From positions 83,444 through 120,683 of the forward strand of contig JACKFZ010000001.1 in NCBI GenBank assembly GCA_020632215.1: 37,240 bases of DNA, written 5' to 3'. Origin of the DNA: Candidatus Nomurabacteria bacterium (GTDB taxonomy: Bacteria; Patescibacteriota; Minisyncoccia; Phycocordibacterales; JAACPR01). The notes under the pieces were generated by a model, which did no database searches, was not told the DNA's origin, and saw nothing but the letters and a program-made list of their open reading frames with translations. Below, one piece after another: positions 32,836 through 37,240 of this stretch (its first letter is position 1; the number at the start of each line of letters is the position of its first letter). Both the position numbers and the translations under genes were made by a program.

Positions 32836-33909
32836 TCACCCCACCAACGCCACAATCACTCCTAAAACAGCGAAGATTACAGAGATAACCCAATATCGCA
32901 TTGTTACTTTGTATGCTGGCCAGCCGATAGCTTCAAAGTGATGATGAAGAGGTGCTACTTGGAAGACTTTTTTTCCATTTCTAAATTTCTTAGAGAAAAG
33001 CTGAATAATGACTGACAAAACAGTAATCACTAGAGGAAAAGCAATGATAGGTAGAACGGCTATTCCTACCCCACCTACTAGAGAGTCAGTCATGAAGGCG
33101 AGAACCGCTAAAGTGCTCGTTAGAGCCATAGAACCGGTCTCTGACATATAGAAGCGGGCTGGAGGGATATTGAACCAAAGAAAGGCCAAAATAGACCCTA
33201 CAACGAGCATTGCAAAGGCAGCTAGGTCGAACTGATGCAGCGAAAAGGCGATGGCTCCATAGGCTGTAAACATAATAGAAAAAACTCCACCAGCTAGCCC
33301 ATCTATACCATCTATCACTCCTCCAGAATATACTGCCAGAATGATGATGGTGTATAGAGGAATAATTAGCCATCCAATGTTCCAGTTTCCAATAATAGGA
33401 ATACCAATAGAGACCACATCTAGTTTAAAGAAAAACCATGAACCTATAAGTATTCCAACGATGGCCATAGTACCAAGTCTGACACTTAGAGAAAGTCCAC
33501 CTCCGATATATTTTCCACTTCCTCTAATTTCTAAAATATCATCAATAAGTCCAATAATCGCACCAACTAACAAAGTAGCAAAAGGAATCCAAGTTTGATT
33601 TCTACTGATGAATTCTAATTTATCTAAAGCTTCAATATCAAAAAATCTCGCAATAAACCAAATCAATCCTCCAATGATGAGAACAGAAGTCCAAATTAAT
33701 ATTCCTCCGAGTCGTGGAGTTCCCACTTCTTTTTCTTTATGCATTTGATTGAAAATAGGAGTTCCGTGTCCATCAATGGCTACTTCTTTTACCTTCTTTT
33801 TCCAAAGTTGTTTTTTATATAAAAAGTCTGTCAGATAAGGAGCAAAGCCAACGCCTATCAAGAAAGAGAGAGTGGAGGGTAATATTACTTTTACAATATC
33901 TAAAATCAT
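32836..33909 (-). CDS. mraY: Phospho-MurNAc-pentapeptide transferase
   Basis: GTPRLGG, IGLIDD, DGIDGL, FNIPPARFYMSETGS and APLHHHFE motifs. Confidence 0.93.
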   Translation of the reverse strand: MILDIVKVILPSTLSFLIGVGFAPYLTDFLYKKQLWKKKVKEVAIDGHGTPIFNQMHKEKEVGTPRLGGILIWTSVLIIGGLIWFIARFFDIEALDKLEFISRNQTWIPFATLLVGAIIGLIDDILEIRGSGKYIGGGLSLSVRLGTMAIVGILIGSWFFFKLDVVSIGIPIIGNWNIGWLIIPLYTIIILAVYSGGVIDGIDGLAGGVFSIMFTAYGAIAFSLHQFDLAAFAMLVVGSILAFLWFNIPPARFYMSETGSMALTSTLAVLAFMTDSLVGGVGIAVLPIIAFPLVITVLSVIIQLFSKKFRNGKKVFQVAPLHHHFEAIGWPAYKVTMRYWVISVIFAVLGVIVALVG

Positions 33910-33924
33910 TATACCAAGTATACT

Positions 33925-34893
33925 TTATTCTCCCTCACTAGAAAAATATTCTAATAAAGTGTCCGAAAGCTTTTTAACATCATTAAATCTCCCCTCTTTT
34001 GTTGATCCCAAAACAGCAATCATTATGGGGGTGTTTAATCCAGGATCGATAACCACTGCTAAGTTTCCACCAGCAGTGTCAGTAAATCCGGTTTTTGATC
34101 CTAGGAGATTTGGTAATGAATTTACTATTTCATTAGTGTTTTCTAGGTTATGGCCAATGCCTTGTTGTGAATATGTTGAGTATCGAGAGTCTTTTGTTGC
34201 CTCCAAAAGTTCTGGGTAACTTTTGATCATGTATTGAAACATTTTCTCTAAGTCTCTAACTGTTCCCTTTGCACCTGCTGAACCATCTGATAGATCAAGA
34301 CCTGTGGGGTTGTAATAAACTGTATTGTTCATATCTATTTTCTTGGCCAAGGCATTCATCTCTGCCACAAAGGTCCCAGTGGCATTTGCGTTAGGGTTGC
34401 CTCTTTGTTGATTGAGTTTTTGACCAGCCGCATAGGCAAGCGCTGCAGCACCATCGTTTGATGAGGCAACTAAAGTTAAATTTATCAAGTCCATTATTTT
34501 AAAATTTTCACCAGGATAAATAGCGGACTCGCCTTCTGTTCGCCACTGCTCTATTCCTAGTTGAACAACAGCTGATTCTCCTAATACCTCATAAGCTACC
34601 AAAACTGTCATCAGTTTTGTAATAGAAGCCAAAGGCAAAATCATTGTTGTGTTCTTTGCGTAGTATGTCTCTTGTGAGTTTAAATCTATTACCAGTCCAG
34701 CTTTGCCCTCTATAACAACTTTATCTAGAGGATTAACTTTGATTTCACCTACTTCTTCAGTGGACATCTCCTCTTTTGCTTTTTCTTGTTTCTGAGCAAT
34801 GACAAAAAAGATACCTAGTATGATTCCCAAGACAGTAATGAGTATGACACTAGCGACAATTTCTTTAGTGTGTTTCGGTTTCTGTATTTCCAT
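33925..34893 (-). CDS. D-Ala-D-Ala carboxypeptidase (peptidase S11)
   Basis: N-terminal TM; ASITK, SSN, NPTGL and KTG motifs. Confidence 0.9.
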   Translation of the reverse strand: MEIQKPKHTKEIVASVILITVLGIILGIFFVIAQKQEKAKEEMSTEEVGEIKVNPLDKVVIEGKAGLVIDLNSQETYYAKNTTMILPLASITKLMTVLVAYEVLGESAVVQLGIEQWRTEGESAIYPGENFKIMDLINLTLVASSNDGAAALAYAAGQKLNQQRGNPNANATGTFVAEMNALAKKIDMNNTVYYNPTGLDLSDGSAGAKGTVRDLEKMFQYMIKSYPELLEATKDSRYSTYSQQGIGHNLENTNEIVNSLPNLLGSKTGFTDTAGGNLAVVIDPGLNTPIMIAVLGSTKEGRFNDVKKLSDTLLEYFSSEGE

Positions 34894-35440
34894 CTTCCTT
34901 GTTTTCTTCTTTTTGATTTATAAAATCATCAAGTTGATTTTGAACATCTTGATATTGAGGAATTTCTTCCTTTGAATTTATTCCTAGGAATTTTAACAAA
35001 TCTAAACTTGGCTCATAAATAAAAGTTCTTTCATCTTTCGGATTAGTTTTCTTTTCTACCAATCCACGAATAGTCAAAGCTCGTAAAATAAATTGAGAAT
35101 TAACTCCTCTGATGTAATCCAGTTCGCTTCTGCTAATAGGACCTTTGTAGACGATGATAGATAAGGTCTCGAGTGCTGCTTTGCTGAGATCTTTCATTAG
35201 CTCTTCCTTTGTCATGGCTTCTATCATTGCGGACATCTCTGAGTGAGTAGCCAAGGTCACTTCATTTTCAGAGAAAACTAATTGCACTCCACGGCCCTCT
35301 AGATTTTTCTTCAGACTTTCTAAGGATGATTTTATTTCACTTTCATTAATATTAAAAATCTTGGCTAGCTCTTTAAAAGTCATAGGTTGATTTTTGAAAA
35401 AAAGAATCGATTCAATTTTGGCGTCTAAGGTCATGTTCAT
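34865..35440 (-). CDS. scpB: SMC-Scp complex subunit ScpB
   Basis: IESILF, LSKAALETLSIIVYKGPISR and IRGVNS motifs. Confidence 0.93.
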   Translation of the reverse strand: MNMTLDAKIESILFFKNQPMTFKELAKIFNINESEIKSSLESLKKNLEGRGVQLVFSENEVTLATHSEMSAMIEAMTKEELMKDLSKAALETLSIIVYKGPISRSELDYIRGVNSQFILRALTIRGLVEKKTNPKDERTFIYEPSLDLLKFLGINSKEEIPQYQDVQNQLDDFINQKEENKEDGNTETETH

Positions 35441-35443
35441 GTT

Positions 35444-36181
35444 TTAATGATAAGAAGGTGTTGAGATAGTTTTTGTTTCCATCTGAATATCGTCATACTT
35501 CTCTTCTTGTTTTACATTCAAAATATCTTGTCGTACCAATTCTAACATAGCTAGGAAACTAACAATGATATCAACTTTTTGAGCTTTGCCATATCCAGAA
35601 AAATCTCTAAAGCTCATTTGAATACTGTTTTTGATTCTGTCCGTCAGACGGCCAATCATTTCTTCTAGACTGATAACTTTTCTAACAACTGCTTCTTTGA
35701 GTTTTTCTTTCTTTGGTAATGACTTTAGGACAGACAAAACAGATTCCAAAAGTGACTTGTTATTTATCTGTTCTGTAGGAGAAAAGACAATGGTGTCATT
35801 AGCTTTCTCTAATTTTTCAAACATTATTTTCTTAGCGAAGTTTTGTTCTATATTAACACTGGCATCTTTGAAAATTTTGTATAGCTTCAATCTTTTCTCT
35901 AGGTCACTAATATCACTTTGTTCCTCATGAGTTAGCTCTAAAGTGGGTAAAAGAGATTTAGATTTGATCAACAGTAAAGTAGAAGCTACCAAAACAAAGT
36001 CGGAAGTTCTTCCAAGATTTTCTTCTTGCATGACTTTTGTAAAATTTATGTATTCATCTGTCACTTGGGCTAGAGAAATATCATTAATTAACAACTTTCT
36101 TTTTTCTATTAAATGTAGAAGAAGGTCTAGGGGACCTTCAAATACTTCCGTTTTAATTTTGAAAGCTTGATTGTCAGTCAT
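35444..36181 (-). CDS. scpA: Segregation and condensation protein A
   Basis: FEGPLDLLLHLI, LLIKSKSLLP and FLAMLEL motifs. Start placed at MTDNQ, overlapping the aspS stop. Confidence 0.93.
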   Translation of the reverse strand: MTDNQAFKIKTEVFEGPLDLLLHLIEKRKLLINDISLAQVTDEYINFTKVMQEENLGRTSDFVLVASTLLLIKSKSLLPTLELTHEEQSDISDLEKRLKLYKIFKDASVNIEQNFAKKIMFEKLEKANDTIVFSPTEQINNKSLLESVLSVLKSLPKKEKLKEAVVRKVISLEEMIGRLTDRIKNSIQMSFRDFSGYGKAQKVDIIVSFLAMLELVRQDILNVKQEEKYDDIQMETKTISTPSYH

Positions 36182-37240
36182 TTTTTTTATCAACTTTTAA
36201 GCCCAATTCTTTCAATTGTTTATCTGATAGTTCTGTCGGAGCCTGCATCACTGCCACTTGCCCACCTCTAGTTGTTGGGAATGCTTGAACTTCTCGCAAA
36301 GCTTCTTCGTTCATAACAGTCATTAGATTTCTTTCCACACCCAAGGCAATGCCTCCGTGTGAGGGCGCACCAAACTTGAATGCCTCTAACATATGACCAA
36401 TTTTTTCTTTTATTTCTCCATCAGAGTTACCCATTATCTTGTATGTTGCTTCTAGCAGTTCTGGTTTATGAGATCGAATACTTCCTCCACCAACTTCAAA
36501 TCCATTACATACAAGATCATACTGTTGAGCCACAATAGACTCAATATTTTCTCCTTTCAAAAGATTTTCTTCGTGTTCTTGTTTAACAGCAGAAAATGGA
36601 TTGTGTGTGAAAGTCCAGTTACCTTCTTTATCTTTTTCAAAGAAAGGAAAATCTACTACCCAAGCATAAGCCAGGACTCCTTCTGTTTTTTCTTCTTCTG
36701 TTCTGAGGTCAAATTTATCTTCACCAAACTTTTCTATAGCTTCTGCATAGGTGAATCTTGGAAAAGGTTTTTCTTTTATCTTTGCTCCAATCTTTTCTGC
36801 TGAATGAATAATCATTTCCTCAACCATTTTCAAAACATCTTCTTGTGTTACAAAAGACATTTCAATATCAATTTGAGTATGCTCGAATCCTCTATCAGCT
36901 CTTAGATCTTCGTCTCTCATAGCTCTAGCCATCTGAAAGTATCTATCAAAACCTCCAACCATCAGTAATTGTTTGTACTGTTGTGGTGATTGAGGTAGAG
37001 CATAAAATTTTCCTTGGTGAATTCTGGATGGCACCACAAAGTCTCTGGATCCTTCTGGTGTTGCTTCTGTTAGAAGTGGAGTTTCTATTTCTGTAAATTT
37101 ATTTTTTAGAAGAAATTCTCTATTAGCATTAACCCATTCAGAACGTTTCTTGATATTTTCCTGCATTCTTTTTGTTCGCAAATCTAAATATCGATATTTC
37201 AATCTCACTTCCTCATCAACATTTGTTGTATCTTCTGTTA
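36174..37240 (-). CDS. aspS: Aspartate--tRNA ligase (5' part beyond the window end)
   Basis: RLKYRYLDLR, LPQSPQQYKQLLM, RDEDLRADR, EVGGGSIR and HGGIALG motifs; the frame stays open to the window edge. Confidence 0.93.
   Translation of the reverse strand, partial: TEDTTNVDEEVRLKYRYLDLRTKRMQENIKKRSEWVNANREFLLKNKFTEIETPLLTEATPEGSRDFVVPSRIHQGKFYALPQSPQQYKQLLMVGGFDRYFQMARAMRDEDLRADRGFEHTQIDIEMSFVTQEDVLKMVEEMIIHSAEKIGAKIKEKPFPRFTYAEAIEKFGEDKFDLRTEEEKTEGVLAYAWVVDFPFFEKDKEGNWTFTHNPFSAVKQEHEENLLKGENIESIVAQQYDLVCNGFEVGGGSIRSHKPELLEATYKIMGNSDGEIKEKIGHMLEAFKFGAPSHGGIALGVERNLMTVMNEEALREVQAFPTTRGGQVAVMQAPTELSDKQLKELGLKVDKKND

Noticed and set aside
423-36803. Short ORF-track entries antisense to or overlapping conserved genes (e.g. 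423-614, 2172-2447, 7249-7617, 8288-8566, 12998-13303, 22763-23161, 33872-34219, 36468-36803)
   Set aside because: They are shadow frames of well-supported genes with no motifs or independent expression signals.
1-37240. Recoded genetic code (TGA as Gly/Trp)
   Set aside because: mraY, NYN, M48, aspS and others end at TGA at the expected lengths, with no internal TGA in conserved genes.

Overview
AT-rich bacterial chromosome segment using the standard genetic code (TGA serves as a stop). Gene content and compact protein forms suggest a Patescibacteria/CPR (Parcubacteria-like) genome; this is inferred from content, not from a phylogeny. The housekeeping backbone is ftsI-murF, yqeY, rmuC, rplU, recR-dnaB-cysS-corA, S41 protease-rplI-def, rpmA, M23 peptidase-gltX-murG-ftsW, mraY-DD-carboxypeptidase-scpB-scpA-aspS (aspS is cut by the window end), plus one tRNA-Glu(CTC). 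Two accessory blocks interrupt it. The first (3.4-8.7 kb) holds ridA-ilvA behind an Ile-rich leader-peptide attenuator, hicAB, orphans, and a lone trpF embedded in an array of tRNA-Glu 3'-end repeats. The second (26.6-32.8 kb) is a defence-like block between mraY and ftsW: DUF3800-like, GIY-YIG/DUF2075 helicase plus MazG-like protein, and an NYN nuclease flanked by 34-bp direct repeats. The most striking unexplained pattern is a family of 7-nt-periodic repeat elements placed just after stop codons at five loci. One wraps a four-helix-bundle gene in inverted arms, one is the same element without the ORF, one is a bare hairpin, and two are solo arms. Other candidates are a twice-repeated promoter plus 40-nt unit, a three-subsite palindromic locus at about 20.8-21.1 kb, and structured RNA-like elements at the 3' ends of the DUF3800 and NYN genes. 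All assignments were made by eye; no database searches or folding programs were run.
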